From a virus: a stretch of 64,000 nt of DNA. The position numbers were made by a program, and so were the translations under genes. The stretch lies in the IMG/VR virus record IMGVR_UViG_3300011118_000005, positions 2,682 to 66,681 of that record; one strand, 5' to 3'. Positions 47,982-57,093 of this stretch are shown piece after piece (positions within the stretch are counted from its first letter, which is position 1; each line of letters starts with the position of its first letter). The notes below the pieces were generated by a model that did no database searches, was not told the origin of the DNA, and was given only the letters and a program-made list of their open reading frames with translations.

Positions 47982-48876
47982 CAGTTTTCTCTCTTTCAAT
48001 AGAAGATTGTTCAGAAATCCGTTTTTTCAGTAATTCGGCTTCCTTTGCCTCTAACAACTCGCGGCGTTCGAGTTCTGTGGCTAATGAAGCCTTATCAGTT
48101 CTAGTACACCATTTCAGTGCTGCTTTCCAGCCATCCAAAGCAGAGGCTGCATCCACGCCACTCAACACTGAAGCGGCCACAGTGGGAAATTCTAGTTCGT
48201 ACTTCACCTCCTTTAAGTTTCTTAGTCTATAATTGCTTTTCAAATTGGTTAAGATTCTGGACGACTTTTTATCACTTCGTAGTTGTCTGATCTCAGATCT
48301 AATCAATTCCCGTAACTCTGACTTTGATAAAGATTCCATTAGCTCCAAAATGGAATCCTGCCTCTGTACTGGCAGCTTGCTTAGCTCAGCCCCCATTTTA
48401 ATCGCAATCTTCCCTTTTGTCAAGTATTTTTTTCCTAATTGGGAAAGATTTACCAGATTTAATATCCTTTTAACCCAGTCTGGGTGTTGAGATAACGAGT
48501 GTGCTAGCTCATTTAAGGACATAGTCTGCTCTACATTGATTATTTTCCACAGGCGGGTGGCGTATTCTATTGGCTCGACTTCGATTCTTTTTGCGTGACA
48601 TATAAGTTGTAATTTTAATACCTCCATTTCTGTCATTGGAATCAGGATACAAGGAACCTCTTGAATAGACAGATCAAGGGAGATCTCTAATCTATGGCAC
48701 CCCTCGATTACTTGCTGTGGGTCCACATTGGATCTGACCAATAATGGCTGTAGGATTCCGTAATCCCTGATTGAATCCCGTAGCATTGTGTATTCAAGGG
48801 TGTTTTTTCGCACCGTCCTGAATTGAATCGGGGATCGAACTAGGTCTGCTGTATTTATAAATTCTAACTGTTGCAT
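47974..48876 (-). CDS. ParB/Srx-like protein
   Basis: GILQPLLVR, EGCHR, HTH. Confidence 0.82.
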   Translation of the reverse strand: MQQLEFINTADLVRSPIQFRTVRKNTLEYTMLRDSIRDYGILQPLLVRSNVDPQQVIEGCHRLEISLDLSIQEVPCILIPMTEMEVLKLQLICHAKRIEVEPIEYATRLWKIINVEQTMSLNELAHSLSQHPDWVKRILNLVNLSQLGKKYLTKGKIAIKMGAELSKLPVQRQDSILELMESLSKSELRELIRSEIRQLRSDKKSSRILTNLKSNYRLRNLKEVKYELEFPTVAASVLSGVDAASALDGWKAALKWCTRTDKASLATELERRELLEAKEAELLKKRISEQSSIEREKTDE

Positions 48877-49475
48877 TGATTCCTCTATCTACTAATAGTC
48901 CCACTTTTCAAAAAAGTTGGCATAATTCTCAAAATTATAACAAAATAATTTTAGGGGGATGGGGAGTTCTGTCAAGAGGCTCAGGAAGAGAACTTCCTGT
49001 AAAATTTTTTGCTTGGCCTAATGAATAAAAGCCCCTTTCCCCTTTTTACACATAAGAGCCTGAACAGAAGTACAGTATCAAAAAGAAAAAGCATTAGTAT
49101 ATAGTTTATTATGAATTACATTTAGATTGTTCACATAGGGGTTTTCCTTATTGAGACTCCCCATCAATAACCATAAATAATTTCATAGCAACAACTTATG
49201 ATGGGGACTACTGGCGGCATTTTTCCCCTTTTTTACTACATTTTTGAATTTTAACTTCTACCCCTACAGAGGTATTTTTACTTTTTTGACTTTTTTTAGA
49301 TAATTATGACCACTTTCTTCAAAAATGGGACTATTATAGGGTAGAAGTTGCTCACTTATTTTTTCAACTTGCGCACTCTGTAAAAAGTTGGGGGAAATGG
49401 GGGCAAAATGGGGGGAAAATAATTCCCAATCCCCACCCCTTATTTGGGTGGAAAATAATAGAAGATGGAGTATTT
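48877..49475. promoter_or_regulatory. AT-rich divergent intergenic region; candidate origin or control region
   Basis: ~600 bp non-coding at the strand switch; 35-bp inverted repeat at 48893-48927 and 49302-49336. Confidence 0.65.
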
Positions 49476-52142
49476 ATGACTAAAATTCGCGACGGAATCC
49501 AGCAGTTTCTGACGGCAAGAGAATCAGAGAGTCCATACCTTATACCCAAATGGGATAAGGATTTGGAATCACAGTACCTAGTACACCAAGGAAATATTGA
49601 AGTAGAAGGCAGTGAGGGAGTCTGGACAGATGGCCACGATACTTGGTGTAACCATAGGTGGCCTAGAAACGCAGGCACAGATCCCAATTACTCAGACCGA
49701 ACCCTGACATTCTCTCCAGGCACTTGTTTGAAGAGGTTTGGCAGTACGTGGTGGAATTTCAGAACTAAACGATCAGTGGCAGTGGCATTAGATATAGATC
49801 TTGAAGGCACACACGCAGAATCTACAACAACGGTGACGCCTGCCAAATTGGCAGAATTGCAAAACAAACTAAGAGTATTACCATATATTACTATGGTACG
49901 ATCTTCAAGTGGTGGTGGTATACATATTTATGCCTTCTTTGATGAAGACAACCAGCCGGTTGCGGCTAACCACAATGAGCACGCACAAACTGCAAAGTCT
50001 TTGGTGGCAAAGATTTCCGACGATCTGAAATATAATCTACGTCAGCACATGGACGCCGTTGGCGTAATTTTTTGGCTCTGGTCTTGTGATTCACCAGAAG
50101 GGCATGAAGGGTATGACCTAATAAAAGAGCAAACTGAATCTCTGAAAGCTAGCGATTTAGTACCGTATAAAGATGCCGATTTGGTTGGGCCAAATGATAA
50201 CATAAAATTATCAGGTTATAGTGAAGATGGCCAGAGGGTGGTCAATGAGGAGCAAGGTGGTGGGTATAAGGTACATGAGATTGAGCCGGAACACGCTGAG
50301 TTTCTGAAGGAACTTGAAGATATGGGCTTCTCATTTATATGGCAGCCAAGCCACAATATGGCACATACTCATACTGTTGCAATTAAGAATTTGTATGAGA
50401 AGCGTGCAAAAGAGGGACGACCTCTGCGCGGGATGTTTACTACGGTATCAGCAGGCTCAGATAAGTCTAAACCAAACTGCTATATTACTCCGCGCCCAGA
50501 TGGAGTGTTCCAGTGCAAGAGGTTTGGTACATCTACTGCTGAAACTCCTATATGGAACACAAGAGATGGAGATACTTGGTGCTATATAAACCAAGAGACT
50601 CCAGTATTGCAGGTGATGAAGAAATTTGCCAAGACTTATGAACCAAAGAAAATGGTTTTTGAGGCCGACGACTTAGAGTTGGCAATGAAGACATTTGGCA
50701 AGACTCTTGGTGAGTCTATCAACTCTATTCTGGTCCCTATCACGGTGTCAGTATCAAATGATGGTATTATGACTGCCTTCTTTGAAGGTGATGGAAATTA
50801 TGAAGGTTGGAAACCAAACAAGAAAGGTTTCTCACGCCAACTACCGGTGGTACATAAGAAGATTGTATTCACAAAGTCCTTATTGGAAGAAGCAGATGCT
50901 TTTGTAAGGCATGTTGTGACCCCAGACTTTGAGCCATTTGGATGGTCTTTGAAATCGGGAGACCATTGGGTAATGTATAATAGTTATGATCCTGTTGCTT
51001 GTGTTGTGAAAAAAGTATTTGGCAAAGATTCAGAGTCAATTCGTGCAGAAATGACACAAAACCCCTGGATTCTTCACCATTTGCCATTTGGAAAGGAATA
51101 CCCTGGTGGTAGATTATGGAATCGACATTCCCCACAGTTGGCTATTGAACCTGCATCAGAACCGGGTCCACACCCACATTGGGATATGATAATGGACCAT
51201 TTGGGGAAGTCGCTGGATTCTACAATCGAAAATGCTAGCTGGTGTCAAGAATGGGGAATACATACTGGTGCAGATTATCTTCGATATTGGCTCTCAGCAC
51301 TTATTCAAGATCCTTTGGAGCAATTGCCATATCTATTTTTCTATGGCCCTCAAAATGCTGGTAAATCTATCTTCCATGAATCCATTAGTACATTATTTAC
51401 ATGTGGGGTTACCAGCATTGGAAATGCACTAAGTAGCAATGCTGGTTATAATGCTGAAATTGCCAATGCAGTTATAGGTTTTGTTGAAGAGAAAGATTTG
51501 TCAGGGGATGGCAATTCTGCCTATTCAAGAATCAAAGAATGGGTTATGGCTAAGACCATGTCTATTCATAAAAAGGGCCATACTCCATACGATCAGCCTA
51601 ATACCCTGCACATTGTGCAAATGGCTAACCGTGCCAGAAGTGTCTCAATGGAAGACGGAGATACCAGGATTACTGCAATCCTTGTGAACATATTAACTAA
51701 AGAAGTGCCCAAGAAGGTTATGTTTGAGGCATTAGCAAAAGAGGCCCCATTTTTCCTAAGAACAATCCTTACGATTAACATCCCTCAGAGTCACACTCGT
51801 CTACGTATTCCAATGATAGCAACACAGCATAAGAAAGATTTGGAGCGAATGAATCAAACTCCATTTGAGGCTTTCTGTGAGGATGTTTTATATCCGCGAA
51901 GTGGACATTTGGTGAAGGTGTCTGATTTCTATTCTAGGTATCAAACTTATTGTACCGAAAAGAATAGTGAAGCAGAGAGGAAATCTCATGTATTACAAAT
52001 GTTGAGGAATAGGACCGATAAATACTTGGTCGGTATTGGTACTGGAAAGCAAATTTATATTGCAAATATGTCTTTATCCTCAGATGCCAAATCTAAAAAA
52101 CTTCTTTGCTTGAACGATAAAGGCAGATTAGTCCATGTATAG
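49476..52142 (+). CDS. primase-helicase (AEP-like N-terminus, SF3-like C-terminus)
   Basis: LDID, SSSGGGIHIY; Walker A GPQNAGKS, FVEE, MAN, DTRI. Confidence 0.88.
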   Translation: MTKIRDGIQQFLTARESESPYLIPKWDKDLESQYLVHQGNIEVEGSEGVWTDGHDTWCNHRWPRNAGTDPNYSDRTLTFSPGTCLKRFGSTWWNFRTKRSVAVALDIDLEGTHAESTTTVTPAKLAELQNKLRVLPYITMVRSSSGGGIHIYAFFDEDNQPVAANHNEHAQTAKSLVAKISDDLKYNLRQHMDAVGVIFWLWSCDSPEGHEGYDLIKEQTESLKASDLVPYKDADLVGPNDNIKLSGYSEDGQRVVNEEQGGGYKVHEIEPEHAEFLKELEDMGFSFIWQPSHNMAHTHTVAIKNLYEKRAKEGRPLRGMFTTVSAGSDKSKPNCYITPRPDGVFQCKRFGTSTAETPIWNTRDGDTWCYINQETPVLQVMKKFAKTYEPKKMVFEADDLELAMKTFGKTLGESINSILVPITVSVSNDGIMTAFFEGDGNYEGWKPNKKGFSRQLPVVHKKIVFTKSLLEEADAFVRHVVTPDFEPFGWSLKSGDHWVMYNSYDPVACVVKKVFGKDSESIRAEMTQNPWILHHLPFGKEYPGGRLWNRHSPQLAIEPASEPGPHPHWDMIMDHLGKSLDSTIENASWCQEWGIHTGADYLRYWLSALIQDPLEQLPYLFFYGPQNAGKSIFHESISTLFTCGVTSIGNALSSNAGYNAEIANAVIGFVEEKDLSGDGNSAYSRIKEWVMAKTMSIHKKGHTPYDQPNTLHIVQMANRARSVSMEDGDTRITAILVNILTKEVPKKVMFEALAKEAPFFLRTILTINIPQSHTRLRIPMIATQHKKDLERMNQTPFEAFCEDVLYPRSGHLVKVSDFYSRYQTYCTEKNSEAERKSHVLQMLRNRTDKYLVGIGTGKQIYIANMSLSSDAKSKKLLCLNDKGRLVHV

Positions 52143-52347
52143 AATATCTTTAAGGCAATCATCTGATGATAGGGAGGTAGTCGGTTTCACTACAGATTTG
52201 CCTTCGCATGAAGCTGTGTGTGCGATGGAAAAGATTTGGATGGGGTCCGCCAATGAATGTTATATAGATGTATGTAGATTGGTGGATAGTCCATTATCGG
52301 ATACGGCCAATTTTCGAGACCTTGTAGATTATGAACTGGAGGATTAA

Positions 52348-52968
52348 ATGAAAATTATTGGGCTTGGGCATTACTCTCGAACTGGTAAGGATACACTTGC
52401 CAACATGATCGTGGATCATTGCTCAGATCTGGGCGTGAAAGCTAAGAGGGTTTCTCTTGCATGGAAGCTAAAGCAAGTTTGCCACGAGTTATACGGGTGG
52501 GCCGGTCTCCGTGAGCCTGAGTTTTATGATACCAAAGAAGGAGAGGGGTATCGTGAACTGAAGATTAGAGCACTCGATATGACTCCGGTGGAAATTTGGG
52601 TTGCCTTCGGGACTCCAGCAGTCAGGGATAAGGTATATGACCGAACATGGATTGACTACGTCCTGCAAACAGACCACGAATGTGATGTGTTGGTTGTACC
52701 CGATATCCGCTATCCAAATGAGGTAAAGGAGTTTCGTCTAGCTGGTGCCAAATTGATCAAGGTGGTAAGAGAGGGATTTGGTCCGAGGAACACTGAGCCA
52801 GATCTGGCACTATTGGGCTGGGGAGGCTGGGATCTAATAGCTGGTCCCTCGATGAAGTCACTGTCGCGGCAAGCACAATCACTGGCTGAGTGGGCGGCAT
52901 GTGACGAGCTATTCCCCACCCAGATCGATGAGGTGAAAGACATGCTTTTGAAACTGGAGGCAGTATAA
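52348..52968 (+). CDS. deoxynucleoside monophosphate kinase
   Basis: GHYSRTGKDT, LAWKLK, PDIRYPNE. Confidence 0.85.
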   Translation: MKIIGLGHYSRTGKDTLANMIVDHCSDLGVKAKRVSLAWKLKQVCHELYGWAGLREPEFYDTKEGEGYRELKIRALDMTPVEIWVAFGTPAVRDKVYDRTWIDYVLQTDHECDVLVVPDIRYPNEVKEFRLAGAKLIKVVREGFGPRNTEPDLALLGWGGWDLIAGPSMKSLSRQAQSLAEWAACDELFPTQIDEVKDMLLKLEAV

Positions 52969-53564
52969 TGGGATTAGTGACATTCAACGCCAATGTCCTA
53001 GCCCCACTGGACATTGAGACAACAGGCAACACAGCGGGATACCATGAGATTATTCAGATTGCCATCGTTCCATTAGATGACGACCTGAATCAAATGGACG
53101 TATCTCCATTCTACATGAATATACGCCCAGAGCACCCGGAGAGGGCTCAGAAGGATGCCACGAGAGCACACGGCATTAGCCTAGATCGGTTGGAGCATTG
53201 TCCAAGAAAGGATCAAGTTGCTGACACACTGGAAGAATGGTTTGTCAATCTTAATTTGCCTATGGATAAAAGATTGATATTCCTTACACAGAACGGTCTT
53301 TTTGATATTCCGTTTATTAAGCATTGGCTTGGCAATGTGGCGTTTGACAGATACTTTTGTTGGATAGGAAGGGATACCATGCACTTTGCTTGTGGGTTGA
53401 ATGATCAAGCTGCGTTCAAGTGCCAACCTGTGCCATTTACTGGAGTAGGTTTGAAGCCCTTGGCGAACAAGTTAGGGATTGAACTTAGTAACCATCACAA
53501 TGCCTTGGCCGACGCAATAGCGACAGGTAAGGTATACAAAGAACTATTGAGGTTTGAATTATGA
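52968..53564 (+). CDS. DEDDh 3'-5' exonuclease
   Basis: DIETTG, QNGLFD, HNALADA. Confidence 0.9.
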   Translation: MGLVTFNANVLAPLDIETTGNTAGYHEIIQIAIVPLDDDLNQMDVSPFYMNIRPEHPERAQKDATRAHGISLDRLEHCPRKDQVADTLEEWFVNLNLPMDKRLIFLTQNGLFDIPFIKHWLGNVAFDRYFCWIGRDTMHFACGLNDQAAFKCQPVPFTGVGLKPLANKLGIELSNHHNALADAIATGKVYKELLRFEL

Positions 53565-53914
53565 CAGAGTATGAGAAGTTCCCAGCACCCGAATTGCCAT
53601 TAGATGAGATTGCCTGTAAATTTATGTTTACCATGGATGCTCAAGATTATATCGATAATGTAAATATCCCAGACGAATCGGGGTGGCCAAGCAAGGAGAA
53701 TGTTTTTCTTGATACTGTCAATCTTGAAAATTCAATATACTGTGATGCAGAACAGTTTCGCGTTATCAGAAGGATCTGCGAAGAGATCAAAAAGATACAT
53801 AGCAGAGGAACCGGTGTTGCCTTTGACGCAGTGAAGCTGAGGGGCCTACGCAATGAGTGTGTCAACATGTCCCGTATCTTTGATATCATGTTGGCGGAAA
53901 TGAGAGAAAAATGA
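53561..53914 (+). CDS. hypothetical protein
   Basis: ATGA-coupled ORF. Confidence 0.6.
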   Translation: MTEYEKFPAPELPLDEIACKFMFTMDAQDYIDNVNIPDESGWPSKENVFLDTVNLENSIYCDAEQFRVIRRICEEIKKIHSRGTGVAFDAVKLRGLRNECVNMSRIFDIMLAEMREK

Positions 53915-54207
53915 GAGAATACAAATTAGAAAAGGTATCGTTTGACAAAAAAGTCATCGATAAGATTTGCTGCGATCTGTGCGGCAGAGAGGGAGTTAAA
54001 GATGGATGGGAGTCTGGCTACTATGAAGTAAATGAAACCGAAGTCGAGGTCACTGTTCATCAGAGAGAAGGTAAAGCTTATCCTGATGGTGATTGTTGGG
54101 GTACCGAGTACATCATAGATATGTGTCCAGAGTGCTTCAAGAACAAATTAGTACCTTGGATCATAAGCCAAGGTGGTATACTAGAACAGAAAGATTGGGG
54201 TTCTTGA
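53911..54207 (+). CDS. zinc-binding hypothetical protein
   Basis: CDLCG...DMCPECF. Confidence 0.65.
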   Translation: MREYKLEKVSFDKKVIDKICCDLCGREGVKDGWESGYYEVNETEVEVTVHQREGKAYPDGDCWGTEYIIDMCPECFKNKLVPWIISQGGILEQKDWGS

Positions 54208-54208
54208 T

Positions 54209-54502
54209 ATGAGATATCGTTTCAGAATCAGCGGAACCATTGAACCACACCTACATCAGGAGTTAGTTGACTACCTCCAGGAGAAAGAATTTGAGGTGGT
54301 GGACCAGATTTATCAATTGGTCCCGGTAGGTGGGCTTGTTGCTGTGTCCTATGAATTTTACACAGAAGGAAAGGACGCTGAAGAAGCCACCTCTATTGCG
54401 CACTTATTCCAGGAAGCCACGGTAGAGATGGAGGATATATACGTCAAAGCACTATTAGACATTGAGGCAGAAGAGTTCTGGCACCGTCTTCATGGTTATT
54501 GA
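54209..54502 (+). CDS. hypothetical protein
   Basis: 97-aa ORF in the operon. Confidence 0.55.
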   Translation: MRYRFRISGTIEPHLHQELVDYLQEKEFEVVDQIYQLVPVGGLVAVSYEFYTEGKDAEEATSIAHLFQEATVEMEDIYVKALLDIEAEEFWHRLHGY

Positions 54503-54783
54503 CGTTTATTGCGGCGGTCTTTCGGTGTTTCGATTTTACGTGGATTCGCGATGCCCCTGGAGAACTTAATCTTTGGGGGTTTTATTCTTTTCTTCAAACA
54601 TTTTCTACAGGACATCGGAAAACCTATGAATATTGAACAAAAAATAGAAGTTTTGAAACCCAAGTTGTTAGACTTGAGAGAAGATCTAAATTACCTATAT
54701 GGCTTACGACATTCTCGCCGAGATGAGCTTATAGCCGAACTCATGTGCGCTAGAGATGCTTTAGAAGATCTAATAAATGCTCT

Positions 54784-55356
54784 TTATCGCTCCGACCAAA
54801 TCGAATCCGCGAGCCCCCATTCAATAGCCTCATCGGATGAGAAATAGAAGTCTTCTGACTTTTTCGCCCGGTCATCCCACCACTTGAAGGTCTTGTTGCT
54901 TAATTTGGCAATAAGAGTTGTCCAGGCTTTTTCCAGGATCTTCAAGTGCTTCATTTCGGCCTCTAATTTAGTCGTCTTGCCTTCCATCTCACACGAGCCA
55001 TCGTGGTGCATGAAGAACGTATGCTCCGCAACCCAGCGATGGCCCTTCTCCCCTGCCGCCAGCAGTAGAGGGGCGGCACTCATGCACTTGCCAAAGGCAA
55101 ATGTATGCACCGGGCATTTTATAGTCTGGATGATATCGTACAAGGCCAAAGCGTCATAAGTATTGCCCCCGTAAGAACTTATGAATAATTCAATCTCTTT
55201 ATGCTCATCGTTTGTCTGCATAAGGTATAGCCCTTTAATGCAGTAGTCAATGGTGGTTTCGTCTATTTCACCGAGGAATATGCGGCGATTAAGGACATCA
55301 ATCCCCTTATCAAAATAGGCGTTTACCCACTCGCTATCAAACTGTAATTCTTTCAT
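54784..55356 (-). CDS. clpP: ClpP-family protease
   Basis: RRIFLG, ISSYGG, GKCMSAA (catalytic Ser), FMHH, DFYFSSDEAIEWGLAD. Confidence 0.92.
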   Translation of the reverse strand: MKELQFDSEWVNAYFDKGIDVLNRRIFLGEIDETTIDYCIKGLYLMQTNDEHKEIELFISSYGGNTYDALALYDIIQTIKCPVHTFAFGKCMSAAPLLLAAGEKGHRWVAEHTFFMHHDGSCEMEGKTTKLEAEMKHLKILEKAWTTLIAKLSNKTFKWWDDRAKKSEDFYFSSDEAIEWGLADSIWSER

Positions 55357-55373
55357 GGCACCCTCTCAAAGGT

Positions 55374-55414
55374 AAAGGCCCGACCCGCCTACGATGGCAC
55401 AGCGGGCCGGGCCT
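55374..55414 (-). terminator. intrinsic terminator-like hairpin
   Basis: AGGCCCGGCCCGC/GCGGGTCGGGCCT followed by TT. Confidence 0.6.
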
Positions 55415-55420
55415 ACATAG

Positions 55421-56149
55421 TTAAATATTGGCAACTCCAGGATACAATCCTACAATAGAATCATAAGCGTCGTCAGTGCCGTCTTCGTAGACTGCTTGCA
55501 AGGTCAGATCCTTGATCAGCCCATAACGCGGCCTCGACTGGCCTACACTCTCTGGCCTAGTCCAGACAGTGGCATCCCCAGAAGCCTGGAGGGTACCAGC
55601 AACCACATTCAGTTCATAAAGAGCCTGAGTGGCCTTCCGGTCACCTTGTCCACCAGTGGTCCGTGTGACAGTCTGAGCGCCTCCAATACCTGTGACACTA
55701 CTGGTATCAATAGTGATAATTACAGGCATCTCGCCAACTGAATTTTCGCACAAGAAATCACAGTATCCATCACTGAGACCAGCCGAACCTTCCTCAGAGA
55801 CCGAAACGTCACCATTCGTCCAGCTAGTAATGCTGGCCGTTGTGGCAGCAGTGTCGATTGCGCCTTCAATCGTGGCAGCCGTTGCATTATATGCAATACC
55901 AGCAGTGGTGAATGTCTCACCAGTTGTGTTCATCACAAACGTGAGAGCAAAGGTGCCCGCAGAAGGTGTTCCGGTCAACTGGTCAATCCGGTCATTTTCG
56001 TCGGCAGCCGCGTAGACAGACCCAATAGTGGGGTCATATCTTACAGCCTTCGACAAAAGCTGTTCAGCCGAGGACCGGCTAATACCGGATCTTGGCTTTG
56101 CGGGAGCAATAGTTTGGCTTCCCGTCGTTAAATCTGTGTAAATTCCCAT
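55421..56149 (-). CDS. probable virion structural protein
   Basis: Thr/Gly/Ala-rich GTFALTF...TAGIAYNATAATIEGAI. Confidence 0.65.
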   Translation of the reverse strand: MGIYTDLTTGSQTIAPAKPRSGISRSSAEQLLSKAVRYDPTIGSVYAAADENDRIDQLTGTPSAGTFALTFVMNTTGETFTTAGIAYNATAATIEGAIDTAATTASITSWTNGDVSVSEEGSAGLSDGYCDFLCENSVGEMPVIITIDTSSVTGIGGAQTVTRTTGGQGDRKATQALYELNVVAGTLQASGDATVWTRPESVGQSRPRYGLIKDLTLQAVYEDGTDDAYDSIVGLYPGVANI

Positions 56150-56173
56150 AAAAATCTCCTCTTAAAAAAGTGG

Positions 56174-56773
56174 TTAGAATCGTCCAAGCGGACAATGCTC
56201 AGACGCCATTGCTAGCTTATTGGCTAGCGGAGAGGAATCCTTACTGACCTTACATCCACAGTTTTTACACGCATGTTTGTCTGGGTCGTACCTGCTACAT
56301 CCCTGGCAGTGTTCCTCAAACAATACTTTGATCTCTTCCTCAGATCGAGTTGGCCTTCCATTAGCAACCCACCGCCTAACGGCTCCAAAGTAATTTTTTA
56401 CTTTATCGCCAAAATTTGCCTCATGCTCACGGGTTTCAGAATCGCATCGATTGCAGATCTCAGGATTGACTCCGAGATCTGTAATCGAGCAATGTTGGGT
56501 TCCATCCTTATGGCCGTACCTATACGGACACACAGGATATTCGCCCGGCTGCGGTTTGATCACCGGCAGTTGACTTAATTGTTTTGCTATGCGGTCTCTC
56601 TTTAATGCTACCTCGCAGGGAACCGCCTTCTTTTTTCTAGCCATGCGGACTGGGCAGACTTCACATTGGTCCTGCACTACTATCTCTCGGTAGAGTTCAG
56701 CAGACTTGTTAATGCAGCGGAATTGCCGCTTGCCTTTATAATTCTCTTTCTGTCGCTTTGAACAGTCTACCAT
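56174..56773 (-). CDS. Cys-rich protein
   Basis: CQGC...CKNCGC...HCPLGRF. Confidence 0.7.
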   Translation of the reverse strand: MVDCSKRQKENYKGKRQFRCINKSAELYREIVVQDQCEVCPVRMARKKKAVPCEVALKRDRIAKQLSQLPVIKPQPGEYPVCPYRYGHKDGTQHCSITDLGVNPEICNRCDSETREHEANFGDKVKNYFGAVRRWVANGRPTRSEEEIKVLFEEHCQGCSRYDPDKHACKNCGCKVSKDSSPLANKLAMASEHCPLGRF

Positions 56774-57093
56774 TGTTTCTCCGGACAGTGGTTTGATGGA
56801 TGTTGACTCCATATATCAGTTGGTATTACTTGATATGGCATCTTAGAACAGGTTTGTTCGTGGACTTTGAAAAGCGGGCAGCTTTTACACACATTATGGA
56901 CAGATTTAATCTCCTCATCAGACCGTCGCGGAAACTCGGCTTCCATTGGAGGGTGGTCAAATCCTCCCTCCCTATCAGGGCATTGGCCGCAGATGGTATC
57001 GTTGACGAATCTTCCATGTTTAATACAGAACTCGGTAATGAGACCCATATTGATAACAACCATCACGTTTTTATGAGTACATTCTATCATCAA
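56767..57093 (-). CDS. Cys-rich protein (related to its neighbour)
   Basis: RSDEEIK...CKSCP...HCPEKQW. Confidence 0.65.
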   Translation of the reverse strand: MMIECTHKNVMVVINMGLITEFCIKHGRFVNDTICGQCPDREGGFDHPPMEAEFPRRSDEEIKSVHNVCKSCPLFKVHEQTCSKMPYQVIPTDIWSQHPSNHCPEKQW

